From contig JAUCBJ010008602.1 of NCBI GenBank assembly GCA_032718475.1, forward strand, positions 1-64,000: a stretch of 64,000 nt of DNA, written 5' to 3'. Both the position numbers and the translations under genes were made by a program. Every line of letters begins with the position of its first letter. The stretch's first letter is position 1. This DNA is from Nemertoderma westbladi (Eukaryota; Animalia; Xenacoelomorpha). Positions 15,747 to 27,600 of the stretch are shown here, one piece after another. The notes under the pieces were generated by a model, which worked only from the letters and a program-made list of their open reading frames with translations, was not told where the DNA came from and searched no databases.

Positions 15747-16704
15747 GTTGTACTACTACTACTACTGCTACTAGCTAGTATGAAAATTGGGAGCTATTAA
15801 TATTTATAGGTAATTGTACAACGTATTACACACCTAACAAATACTTTCTAATAAAATTAGTCAACTTGAAAAAAAAATTCTAGAACAAAAAATATTTTTT
15901 TCAGAACATAATTATGTTTACCTAACAATAGCTAATATAACATAGAATATTTCTAAAATAAAAAGTAGCAAATTGCCTATAGAAGTAAAAATTCGTTTGT
16001 GGGTACACTACACATACTATAGTATAGTGCCCCCTTCTATTTAAAAATTTTTCATATCATCATCGAGATATATTATTATCGAGATATAATATTCTAGAAA
16101 TGATTAATAATATATTTTTGCAAAACTACAAATAATATATATAATATAGTTAGATATAATTACGTATAATAACAAACAATAATACATAAATGTACAAACA
16201 ATGTGGGGTGAGTAAAGTAATTGAGCGCACTTTAATTTTGTTATAGTAATATATTTTTTGGATGCTCTGGAAATGATGAAGACGATAATATTATTAAACA
16301 CGATAAACTAGCATAGTGGAGTCTGTTATGCTTTAAAAATGGCCAACATGCAAAAATTTTTACAAAAGCATGAAAATTGCTATGATGAAGCACAAAAGTG
16401 AGGTGAATATGAAAATCACTGGCTCCACTATTAAGGATCCCATATTTCCATGGTAACAGGGGGTCATTTGCAATACATCATTTTCCAAGACTCCTACAGA
16501 ATTATAACCCTTACCTAACCCCATTAAATCGCTATCAGTGATTCGATTGTGGTAATTTTCAAAAACCGGTTGCCAGGGCAACTACTCGGAATACTTCATA
16601 ACACGTCCTTTTACGGTAAGTATCAGGATTTTGTTAAACTGCTGCCTAATACGTGTTCCCCATCCGCCAAAGTCGTGAAAAATTATAAATATATTGTGCA
16701 TGTC

Positions 16705-17331
16705 TGTGACGGGATGCAACGGAGTTGGCAGTATGAATCCCGACCGGTGTGTCAGTTATACCCGTCGCCGCGTCCGTAGGCTGCTAAAGCTGTAGTCTGG
16801 ATATATAATAGGCCGAAAGCCGTTGAAATAACTGAGTTTTTACTGTCAGTCGTTATAATCACAGAACATAATAATAGCACAGTCAGAATATAATAGCACG
16901 GTAATGACGACGGTTAAAAACTGTTCCGGTCTCACAACTGTATAGAAACCAACTGAATCAGAATCAATAAGTGCAACGGTTATATTACAGTATTAACACA
17001 TATTAAATCACCTCTACTCAACTGAGTGGCCTGTCCAATAGATGCGTTCTATCACTTCCAATGTGTTTTCCCACCCATCATTGGCTTAACCTGATTAATT
17101 GTCACCTCGCCACTCCCTGTTACCACTATCCCCACGTGCTATCCTTGCTAGCCCCTTTGTCCCTCTGATATGGTTTGACCTCTCAACTTTCCCTGTGGTT
17201 GGCGATGCGTATCGCCTTAGTTGGTTATGAGGTGACATTATTATTGGTAATGTCACCTTCCCAACTCTAATTGGTAAAATACTACTAATCCCATTTTCGG
17301 TGGGTAGTGCAGGGAATTGAATCCGCTTACA
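16705..17331 (-). mobile_element. 3' LTR of an LTR retrotransposon (Gypsy-like)
   Basis: On the minus strand it reads TGTAAGCGGATTCAATTCC...ATCCCGTCACA (TG...CA) and is preceded by the polypurine tract GGGGGGAG (17332-17339). Both termini are shared with the related LTR at 44221-44804. Confidence 0.75.
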
Positions 17332-18011
17332 CTCCCCCCATGCTATCTTCCCGGTGAGAAGATAGCATCAACCTTAAGTGTGCTTCAATTCCGCTGGAAT
17401 CCAATCTAATATTGGATGTGGGGTGGAATTTTCTTCTCGGGGTCGGCTTTCCAAGCCGGCCCCCATGGGTCTGTTATCACTACCCATGCTTGGTACATCT
17501 GCGAGCTAGACTGTACCAAGGCATCTGGCATCTCTGTTTTAGACGATCGCCCTCACTCCTCACACAATTTTACCTCTCGGACTTTGTTGTCCCTTCCTCT
17601 CTCGCCAGTCCCATGGGACTCATCCCCTTCTATGCTCGCTCCCCACACTTGAGTCTCGCATATTTATACTACCTCATACCCAACACCTCCTCCCCATACT
17701 CAACCCGTTTTTGCTGTCACTCTCCTCACACTCTTATCGGGTCCCACGCATGTGTACATCATGTCAGTGAGATCTGTCATTGTCCCGTCCTCCTGTTTCA
17801 GTCAATTAGTCCCCAGTCCCAGTAGCTAATTGGAAAAGGTTATATTCGACTCTGATAGTTATATACTGATTTTATATTGGATATATATGTATATATTGCT
17901 TAGTTACCTACGTACATACTAATTGCACTTAATTAAATTGCACTTAGGAGTTTGTACTGGTGTGTCCATGTGGTGCCTTCCAGGCACATTGACATCCCCT
18001 GTCTTAGAGTT

Positions 18012-19555
18012 CTAAATTGCTCCTCCCACACCCTCCGGGAACCATCTAAGTTCCTTGCCCCTATCATCATCTTGTCTGGGCCGCTTCCTCCCTTCCTGTT
18101 TACCATTGAGGCTACTCATCCTTGCTGATACCGTCTTACCAAGCCCTGTTGTTGGTTCTTTGGGCGCGGGTGTTATTAACTCCTGGCATCGCTTTGCAGG
18201 TGGTCCCACTGAGTGTCCCTCCTCTCTCCTTCTGGTAGTGTCCCACAAGATCATCTTCATCGCACGCGACATGTGTCTCTGAATTCGATCCTATTTTCTG
18301 GTGACCATCTGGCCAGATATCTTTGGGTGTTGATGACCCCTCCGTATGATGCCACTGTCGCTACCTCCTGATATGTGAATGGTAGTCTCCTCTTGGTGAT
18401 CTGCTGGTGGGCTTCTATATTAATGTTGAAGAAGCCCCACCAGAACTCCTGGGCCTTCATCCTTTGTCGTGTCATGACTCCAATGTCGGCCCACTCCTCG
18501 ATATTGCGGAATTTCTCCTCATCATCCATCCAGTCGCACTGGCGCTCAAAGTGCCCTCTAAACTTGCACTTTGAACATTTGTGCAACCTCGGACACGCAC
18601 CCATCTTGTGTGTAGACTCGTGCCAGTAAAGTCACGCCGTCCCCTTCTGGTAACAGTATAGACAGTTCTTTTGCTGATGGGTTAATCTCCCACAGTAATC
18701 ACAACCGTGTATCATTGTCTCCCGCCCCAAGTCAACCTTAGCTCTGTGTGGCCTCCTGCGTCTGTGGAGCCGCTGGTAGGTAAACATCTGGACGTTGTCT
18801 TCCCTACCCATATCGATGTCCTCCTCCACCCTCGGCATCGTTTCTCCAAACACTACCCATGGTGCAGTCCCCGGTTGCTCGCCCAGCCGGATTGTACTCA
18901 CCGCAATGTCCATTGCCGGCACCCCGTGCTCCCAGGTCCGCTTACCGGGTTTGTCCCAGAAGGCTCTCGCCCAGCTGGCCGTCACCACTTTCCCGTCCCA
19001 CCCAGTCTGTGTCTGAGTGGCTGATCCTTGCCATCGGCGGCATCGCCCCGAAGTTGTCCGCCTCCTCTTCCCCTGCCGGGGGCTCAATCCTCTATCGGTG
19101 GCATCGCCACGAACTCGTCCCCCTTCCTCTTCCCTTGCTGGGAGCAGATCCAAACCTGGTTAATCCAGTTAATCCACTGTGTCCCTTTCCGCCCTGGTAT
19201 CTGTGTCCCTTTCCGCCCTGGTATCTGCCCATAGTCTTGCACCCTTCTACCTCCCTCAGTCTCTTCCTTCCGATGTCGCCCTCAGAGCCTGCTGGCATGG
19301 GCATTCTTTGCAACCCGGAAGTTGACTGTGTCGGTGTCTCTTCCATCCAACCCAGTTCGTCCCCCAGCCGAAACTCGTCCGAGGTCTTCGATCCCCACCT
19401 CAGCTCATCCAAATCCTGGGCTTCGAACTCATACTCCTCTCCCCTTATATCCGCCTCTCTGCCCGCTGCCTCCCTTCTATCTCTCCTGGCGACCTCCTCT
19501 TGCCTCCTCTCCTCAATCCTATCCGAGTCCAGTTTCCTCCATCGCTTGTACGGTG
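18012..19555 (-). pseudogene. Decayed retroelement accessory ORF, C-terminal part with three CCHC zinc knuckles (copy 1)
   Basis: CDYCGRLTHQQKNC and CSKCKFRGHFERQC are CX2CX4HX4C; a middle knuckle *LYWHESTHKMGAC has both Cys mutated to TGA/TGG. Collinear homology with 54.5-55.56 kb (KAQEFWWGFFNINIEAHQQI vs KAQEFRWGFFNLNMEVHQEI). Frameshifted. Confidence 0.75.
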
Positions 19556-20818
19556 TATTTTTAGAAAACAAAAGAGGCAAATTACATTGAACGCCATCAG
19601 TTTCCAGGAAAACTTTCCGAGGTCCAATGTGGATATGAATAGTGACTAGTCTAAGAGAGTGCCATCGTTCTCCGTCTCCAAACTTAAATGAAGCAGCGCT
19701 ATCATTAATTTTGATAGTACGCCTGTCTGCACAGGAAAGTGTATCAATGTGAACCTGAAACAATTTTTCACCACAGACTGTAGAAGTACAGCCACTATCA
19801 ACTACAGCCATTCTGAGAGTTTCCGCAAGGAAGACAGACTGAGAAATTGTGTCATCATCTGTGATGAATGATGTAATTTTTGTAGCTGGTTTATTTAGGT
19901 CACAATTACAGTATTAGAGAGGTGATAAATGGATTCACAGATATGGCACTTCATAGGCCGACCATCACGGCCAGGGGGTTTGCGTTGATGCTGAGAAGCT
20001 GATGTAGATTCGTGGATGTGCGGTTTATTGTAATAATAACCAGAATCCATGGGGCGTTGTTTATAATGCGGTTTATACGAATGTTTGCCAGATTTGCCAT
20101 GTTTCCCTGAATAGTTGAATTGGTTTGGTCGATGGAAACGATTATATTGCCTTCCGCCGTAATATGCTTCTTCTGTTTCAGAGTCGGAAGAATAACTGAA
20201 AGAGTAATACTCGGCTGAAGCAAGTGCTTCCTTGGTTTTAAATTCTGTTTTGATTTTAGCAGAGTCGCAGGAATTATTGGTTGTTCATTAGTCGCAGGCA
20301 AGGCCTCAGTGAGGTCTTTGTGGATCTTAAAGATCTGGGACTTCATATATTTGAATTTTATTTCAGTACTAGTGGCCAAGGCAAGTTGGTGATCACTGTG
20401 TGGAAGATTAGCAGATTCGAGTAGTTGGAAAGCTTTTACTTCTTCAGGTAATGGCATTCGATGTCTTTTGCAGTCATTGTAATTTTTCTCGTATTTCATA
20501 AGGAAATCTCGCATAGAACAATCTGATGGCCGATAGTAACGTACAAATGTGCGGTAGGCTGTGAAGGCCTGCAGGGATTTGTCTGCCTCAAAGTATTCAT
20601 CGAGTTTCTTTATGATGTTTTGAACTCCGTTGACACAAGCAACTTCCTCAAATCACTGACTGGAACTTCCACTTTACCCTTTATTGCGTTTCAAGTTCTG
20701 CACCCTGCTTAGCCGGGGAATTTTCCGATGTGAACTGCCACAGTTTTACTTTATTCTTCCATATTCTATAGTCAGTATCATCGTGCAGTGTTGGGGCTGG
20801 TCGGTACCGTGTCGTCAT
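19556..20818 (-). mobile_element. Copia-superfamily (GalEa-like) retrotransposon fragment: gag and aspartic protease, decayed
   Basis: ATG at 20818 (MTTRYRPAPTLHDDTDYRIWKNKVKLWQ); gag segment LPEEVKAFQLLESANL; protease AVVDSGCTSTVCG...FKFGDG...LPLLFSK. Stops and frameshifts are present; RT and integrase are absent. Confidence 0.75.
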
Positions 20819-20869
20819 GGTATACCGGATCGACAAACGGAAGTGAACCTTTAACTCTCAGCACTAGCA

Positions 20870-21035
20870 ATGTACAGTCCCAATCCCAATAAACATTAAC
20901 TTGGTCATTTTGGCGGCCAAAACGACCAAAATGGCCAAATATAAATTGCGGCATTCATGAAAGGAACTTCTGAGGCAAGTTGGCCTGTCAATCACAGCCA
21001 GTGAATAGAGGCTGAGTGTAAGTAAAGCCCAGGAT
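20870..21035. repeat. Dispersed repeat A, copy 1 (direct copy at ~22602-22767)
   Basis: GTACAGTCCCAATCCCAATAAACATTAACTTGGTCA...AAAGCCCAG aligns by eye with 22602-22767; the ORFs 20864- and 22566- give similar peptides. Confidence 0.8.
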
Positions 21036-21139
21036 GTTGGAAGATAGAAAAAGGCTTCGATTTCCGGACATTCCCTCCCCAACCCCCCCCCCCCCCCGGA
21101 CAGTTCCGTTCCGTTCGAGTAGGACACTACTGTTTTATA

Positions 21140-21600
21140 TTTCAGGTCAGGTCAGGTCAGGTATTCTAGGTCATTGATCAAGAAAACTTGCCACCTCCAT
21201 GCAGCATAAAGGAGGTGCCACCTGTAGCTGCATAGACCCTCTTACTAGGGCAAATCTGGTCCTGTAACTAGGACACCCTTCGTTCTGGGATAAGGACGCC
21301 CTTGGTCCTGGATTAAGGACCCATATACTTGGCTGCAGGGGTATATGGCCTGGCGTGGCAGATGGTGATATACCAATGGCTGGTCAGGAGTAGAGTGTTC
21401 TCATGTCCACTCTGAGTGCACTTCACTGCGACCTGCACCTGGCAGCAGTGGTACAGGGCATGACCCAGCAGATGAGCTGCACAGCCAATGGTAGGTCATG
21501 TGCGCCAGAGTAGATATGGGTGATGGGCCTCATATCTGACTCCACTGCGACACCCACCCTGTGGAATGGCAAACCAGGGTGTGGTATTTGCCCCGAGAGC
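21140..21600 (-). mobile_element. Probable decayed 3' fragment of an RTE-like LINE with (CCTGA)n tail
   Basis: (TCAGG)n at 21141-21161 resembles a microsatellite tail. Adjacent sequence is more GC-rich and gives a weak resemblance to the RTE C-terminal WxGHxxR region (HWYITICHARP). Confidence 0.35.
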
Positions 21601-22106
21601 TGAGTTTTATATTTCGCACGTTTATTTTTCATTTTGTAAGGTAAATGGACCGCTTGTATCCAGACAAGTTGTACAGTATCCAACTTAGCTCAGAAATTTA
21701 TATTTTGCATCCCGATTTTACATTTTGTATCCACGTTTTATTTATGGATTTCATCAATTCAATTACACTGTATTGTTTGCTAATCTTTAAACAATTAATT
21801 AGATGATCTATATATTCCATCCCCCGAATGATATACTGTTTTGTTTACTGGAGTTATAATAATTATGCAATAGTTTTAATTATGAGTATTATTATCTAAT
21901 TGTTTTCTTCAAATTGAAGCAGATGGGGTTGACTATTATATTGATGCAATCAAAATTTATACCTCTCCAGGGGAAAATCGTAATAATTGGGTCTTTATAA
22001 TTGGGTCTTTGTTTTGTAGTCACCCCGCAGTGTCCGCGAATTATACATTGTAAAAAAATGTTTATTATAAAAAAAAATATTATTGAAATTAATTTCTGAA
22101 ATTAAC

Positions 22107-22298
22107 ATCCCGAAATTAATTTATGGACGTCCATTAATTAGTTATTTCATTACGATTCTGATTGGTTGATAGATTAATTTCGGGACGTCCATAAATTAAA
22201 TTCGGGACGTCCATAAATTAATTTCGGGACGTCCATTAATTAATTTCGGGACGTCCATAAGTTAATTTCGGGACGTCCATAAATTAATTTCGGGACGT
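22107..22298. repeat. 22-bp tandem repeat (ATTAATTTCGGGACGTCCATAA) x~5-6 with an inverted copy
   Basis: Tandem copies at 22173-22298; inverted copy at ~22107-22137. Confidence 0.85.
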
Positions 22299-22300
22299 TC

Positions 22301-22508
22301 AGATTATTATACATACTCCTCCTTTAACGAAGCCCCATTCAACTCCTTTTATAAGACTGTGTACTCTATCAATGCCTCAGTGGGCGGACTCCAGTACTGC
22401 AAGGCTCAGCGCCGGGTAAGTTAAATCTGTCAATAATAAAAATGAAAGCGAGCCGACATTTAGTCAGATCCACCAAATGGATGGCCAAGGAGACAGACTG
22501 TCTGGATT
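22301..22508. repeat. Dispersed repeat B, copy 1 (direct copy at ~25042-25279)
   Basis: GATTATTATACATACTCC...ATCTGTCAATAATAA...AAATGGATGGCCAAGGAGAC is shared with 25042-25279. Confidence 0.8.
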
Positions 22509-22787
22509 GAGCTGATTCGAGTTAAATCGCTTCACCAAAACTACCAAGTAGCTCATAGGAATACACTACATTTTTTGGTGATTTTGGTCATTTGGTGATT
22601 GTAGTACAGTCCTAATCCCAATAAGCATTAACTTGGTCACTTTGGCGACCAAAATGACCAAAACGGCCAAATAAAAACTGCGGTATTCATGAAAGGGACT
22701 CTTGAGGCCCGTTGGCTTGTCAATCACAGCCAGTGAATAGAGGCTCAGTGTAATTAAAGCCCAGCATGCTGGCACTTAGGTAGAGAG

Positions 22788-24099
22788 GGTATACAGACGT
22801 TTCGGCCTAGGACGTTTCGGTCCAGGACGTTTCGGCCCGGACATTTCGGCCCGGACGATTCGGCCCGGACGATTCGGCCCGGACGTTTCGGCCCATGACT
22901 GTAACCTGAATGAAAAGGCCAACTTGTTTGATATGATAATAATTATTCATTAAAATTATAATTATTTCACAATAACATACAAACACTTAATGAAATATCT
23001 TTCATGAAATGGCTATTTAATTTATTTCAATCAAAATAAAATACACATTATGCATGTGGTGCTCTGCCCCATTATGTTTTGCGGCCGAAAAAATGCAAGT
23101 CAGAACAAAACGTTTGGTACCGAGTACCACATTGCTAATAAACTACTAAAGCGAATCAATTTCACGAACCATTTAGGGCTTAAATCTCGTCTGATCGATA
23201 TATTTTGGAGATACTTCATTAGTTTAATTAAACATTACTCAATTAATAATTCTTGTAGCTGGACAGTGTATTGCAGCTATGTCTTAATGATCTGTTGAAA
23301 CAATAACTCTCATCTCGATGATAGATGATTTATACCCATGGATAACGACGTATAATGCGTTTATTAATACATATTTTATTTCACTTCACATCCACTCTGG
23401 TCCTTTTAATACGCATATAATTCCTCTAAATTTAAATTTAATACCCATATATTTCATCTAAATTTAAATTTAATACGCATATATTTTATCTCATTCTATA
23501 TGACATCCAGTCTATGTCATAATTATTAGCAATGCTCCTTTAATGGAATATTTCTTATCTATTATATTTTTAAGTCTAACATTAAAATACAGTAATAATT
23601 TTAATTCGGTGTATTTTAATCTACTTTATTTATTGACTCACATTTTAAAATACTGTACGTATGTTTTTAACTATTACTTTACCTTTATTACTTTACCTAT
23701 TACCTTTACTATTACTTACTTTTAATTATCTAACTGTATTAACTAAAGTTAATTTGTCAGCATATGTTATCTTTGTTCTAAGTTACAGTATGGTGTAAAT
23801 TTATATTAATAAATAATAATAATAATAATATTACATTAGTTATTATTTATAAATATAATGTAGAACTTCGATCTTAACGACTTTGAAACAAGTGTCGGAG
23901 CAGTTCCTACTGACAACTCCTCTTGTAACGAACGTAACAACTACAAAACAAATATATTGAATAACTTATTATTAATAGCTTATTTAAGGGAGTAAAGTGA
24001 ATCTTTGGGCCAAAACGTCCGACAAGCAAATCTTGTATTTCATTTATTGGGCCGAAACGTCCTAGGCCAAAACGTCTTAGACCGAAACGTCTGTTACCC
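22788..24099. mobile_element. Non-autonomous foldback-type DNA transposon with 8-bp TSD
   Basis: Left end GGTATACAGACGTTTCGG with tandem GGACGTTTCGGCCC subterminal repeats; right end has the inverted repeats ...CCGAAACGTCTGTTACCC. TSD GTAGAGAG at 22780-22787 and 24100-24107. Confidence 0.85.
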
Positions 24100-24409
24100 G
24101 TAGAGAGAAAGGCTGCAGTGTAGTAACGGCTGGACTAGCCACTGTAGTAAACATGCCTGTAAGAGTGCAGTGTAAGACGCCCTAACTTATTATTTTCTAC
24201 ATATTTTTTACTAATCTAATAATTAACACACCTTTACCTGTCACGTGTCACTTAAGTTATAAGCAGTGTGCTAGCACTTGCAGCGTAATAATTAATTTAT
24301 TATTTACTTTTATTCTATATTTAATTCGTAAAATCTATTTAAAATATGAGAAAAGTACTTTACTTTATAGCTGTTTTAGTACGCTATAATATAAATGCTC
24401 CCATAAATA

Positions 24410-24686
24410 CAGTTAGGGGGGGGGGGGGGGGGGGGGGGGGGGCTGGACGCAATAAAAATTCGTCCCTCTCCAGGGTAAATTTGACGCAAATAACAGCTGA
24501 TTACTATCAAAAATAAAACTGTAACCTGTTCATTTATTGTTTAATTTATTGTTTTGGTTAAAATAAAGTGCAACTGTAACCTGCTCCTTTCCCAAAATTA
24601 ATTGAGAATTTAACATTGAGGCGGGATATTAATTCGCCAAGGCGAGTTTTGCGTCCAGTCCCCCCCCCCCCCCCCCCCCCCACCTG
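24410..24686. mobile_element. MITE whose TIRs include poly-G/poly-C tracts; second inverted partial copy at ~25276-25480
   Basis: CAGTTA-(G)n-CTGGACGCAA ... TTGCGTCCAGT-(C)n-ACCTG. The internal sequence is the reverse complement of 25276-25480. Confidence 0.75.
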
Positions 24687-27600
24687 TCTCGATAAATAAT
24701 AATTACATAATCATAAAATCACCCAAATATGCCGACTCTGTTAGCACAGAGCCAGAGCCTAATATTGTAATGTTTTCAGTTGCTATGGCCCTCGAATTCA
24801 GACCCAGCTACTAGAAATAGGCCGCCCCGACGTATGTGAATTTCATCAGTATACCGAACTCGTTCGAGACAGATTGTCGCCATTTAATAGCTGCCTCTTG
24901 CCCTGTAACAGACCCAGCTACTAACTATATAACTATAATTAGGACGCCTTCATAGAACGTTGCCATTTCATAATGACGCTAAACTGAAGCTACACAAAGG
25001 AAAAGGTGAGAAGTGATTATCTAATAATTACACACAAAATCCGATTATTATACATACTCCTCCACTCCTCCTTTTAACAAAGCCGCATCCAACTAACTCC
25101 CTTATTACTTATTAGCCTGTGCTGTATCAATGCCTCAGTGGGCAGTCTCTACTACAACTGCAAGCGCAAGGCCCGACTCAGCTCCAGGTAAGTTAACAAT
25201 CTGTCAATAATAATAATGAAAGTGAGCCGACATTAATTCAGAGCAACCAAATGGATGGCCAAGGAGACTGAATGTCTGGACGCAAAACCCGCCTTGGCGA
25301 ATTCATGTCCCGCCTCAATGTTAAATTTTCCATTTACGGAAAGGAACAGGTTACAGTGGCACATTATTTTAACCAAAACAATAAACTAAACACAATAGAA
25401 CAGGTTACAGTTTTATTTTTGAGAGTAATCATCCTAGTTATTTGCGTCGAATTTCCCCTGGAGAGGGATGAATTTTCATTGCCATCAGTTTCCCCCATCT
25501 GCATATCTCAGCTATTTTTCAACGTAATTCAGATTGTGATACATATTTAGAATCCCCTGCATGGCCAGCTTTCCAATATTAGGCCTACCAATAAACAGCT
25601 ATAAGGTAGAAGAACAAATGCGGTGGGATTGGTGTAATATCGCCGGAGACAATCTTTTAAGTACTACTGTACCTCTGGAAGTAGCATTGAGGACCTACCT
25701 CTGGAATTTAGTAGCCTTGAGTAACTACCTCTGGAATTTAGTAGCCTTGAGGAACTACCTCTGGAATTTAGTAGCCTTGAGTAACTACCTCTGGAATTTA
25801 GTAGCCTTGAGGAACTACCTCTGGAATTTAGTAGCCTTGAGGAACTACCTCTGGAATTTAGTAGCCTTGAGGAACCACCTCTGCAATTTAGTAGCCTTGA
25901 GGACCTACCTCTGGAATTTAGTAGCCTTGAGGAACTACCTCTGGAATTTAGTAGCCTTGAGGACCTACCTCTGGAATTTAGTAGCCTTGAGGAACTACCT
26001 CTGTAATTTAGTAGCCTTGAGGACCTACCTCTGGAATTTAGTAGCCTTGAGGAACTACCTCTGGAATTTAGTAGCCTTGAGGACCTACCTCTGGAATTTA
26101 GTAGCCTTGAGGAACTACCTCTGTAATTTAGTAGCCTTGAGGACCTATCTCTGGAATTTAGTAGCCTTGAGGAACTACCTCTGGAATTTAGTAGCCTTGA
26201 GGAACTACCTCTGGAATTTAGTAGCCTTGAGGACCTATCTCTGGAATTTAGTAGCCTCGAGGAACTACCTCTGGAATTTAGTAGCCTTGAGGACCTATCT
26301 CTAGAATTTAGTAGCTCTGAGGAACTACCTCTGTAATTTAGTAGCCTTGAGGACCTATCTCTAGAATTTAGTAGCTCTGCGGAACTACCTCTCTTAATTT
26401 AGTAGCCTTGAGGACCTATCTCTGGAATTTAGTAGCCTTGAGGAACTACCTCTGGAATTTAGTAGCCTTGAGGACCTACCTCTGGTATTTAGTAGCCTTG
26501 AGGACCTATCTCTGGAATTTAGTAGCCTTGAGGAACTATCTCTGGAATTTAGTAGCTCTGAGGAACTACCTCTGGAATTTAGTAGCCTTGAGGAACTATC
26601 TCTGTAATTTAGTAGCCTTGAGTAACTACCTCTGGAATTTAGTAGCTCTGAGGAACTACCTCTGGAATTTAGTAGCTCTGAGGAACTACCTCTCTTAATT
26701 TAGTAGCCTTGAGGACCTATCTCTGGAATTTAGTAGCCTTGAGGAACTACCTCTGGAATTTAGTAGCCTTGAGGAACTACCTCTGGAATTTAGTAGCCTT
26801 GAGGACCTATCTCTGGAATTTAGTAGCCTTGAGGAACTACCTCTGGAATTTAGTAGCCTTGAGGAACTACCTCCTGAATTTAGTAGCCTTGAGGAACTAT
26901 CTCTGTAATTTAGTAGCCTTGAGTAACTACCTCTGGAATTTAGTAGCTCTGAGGAACTACCTCTGGAATTTAGTAGCCTTGAGGAACTACCTCTGGAATT
27001 TAGTAGCCTTGAGGAACTACCTCTGGAATTTAGTAGCTTTGAGGACCTATCTCTGGAATTTAGTAGCCTTGAGGAACTACCTCTGGAATTTAGTAGCCTT
27101 GAGGACCTATCTCTAGAATTTAGTAGCTCTGAGGAACTACCTCTGTAATTTAGTAGCCTTGAGGAACTACCTCTGGAATTTAGTAGCTTTGAGGACCTAT
27201 CTCTGGAATTTAGTAGCCTTGAGGAACTACCTCTGGAATTTAGTAGCCTTGAGGACCTATCTCTAGAATTTAGTAGCTCTGAGGAACTACCTCTGTAATT
27301 TAGTAGCCTTGAGGACCTATCTCTAGAATTTAGTAGCTCTGAGGAACTACCTCTGTAATTTAGTAGCCTTGAGGACCTATCTCTAGAATTTAGTAGCTCT
27401 GAGGAACTACCTCTCTTAATTTAGTAGCCTTGAGGACCTATCTCTGGAATTTAGTAGCCTTGAGGAACGACCTCTGGAATTTAGTAGCCTTGAGGACCTA
27501 CCTCTGGAATTTAGTAGCCTTGAGGACCTATCTCTGGAATTTAGTAGCCTTGAGGAACTATCTCTGGAATTTAGTAGCTCTGAGGAACTACCTCTGGAAT

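Noticed and set aside
20850-20870. tRNA-Met primer-binding site for the Copia fragment
   Set aside because: The match to TGGTAGCAGAG is too poor and no adjacent LTR is visible.
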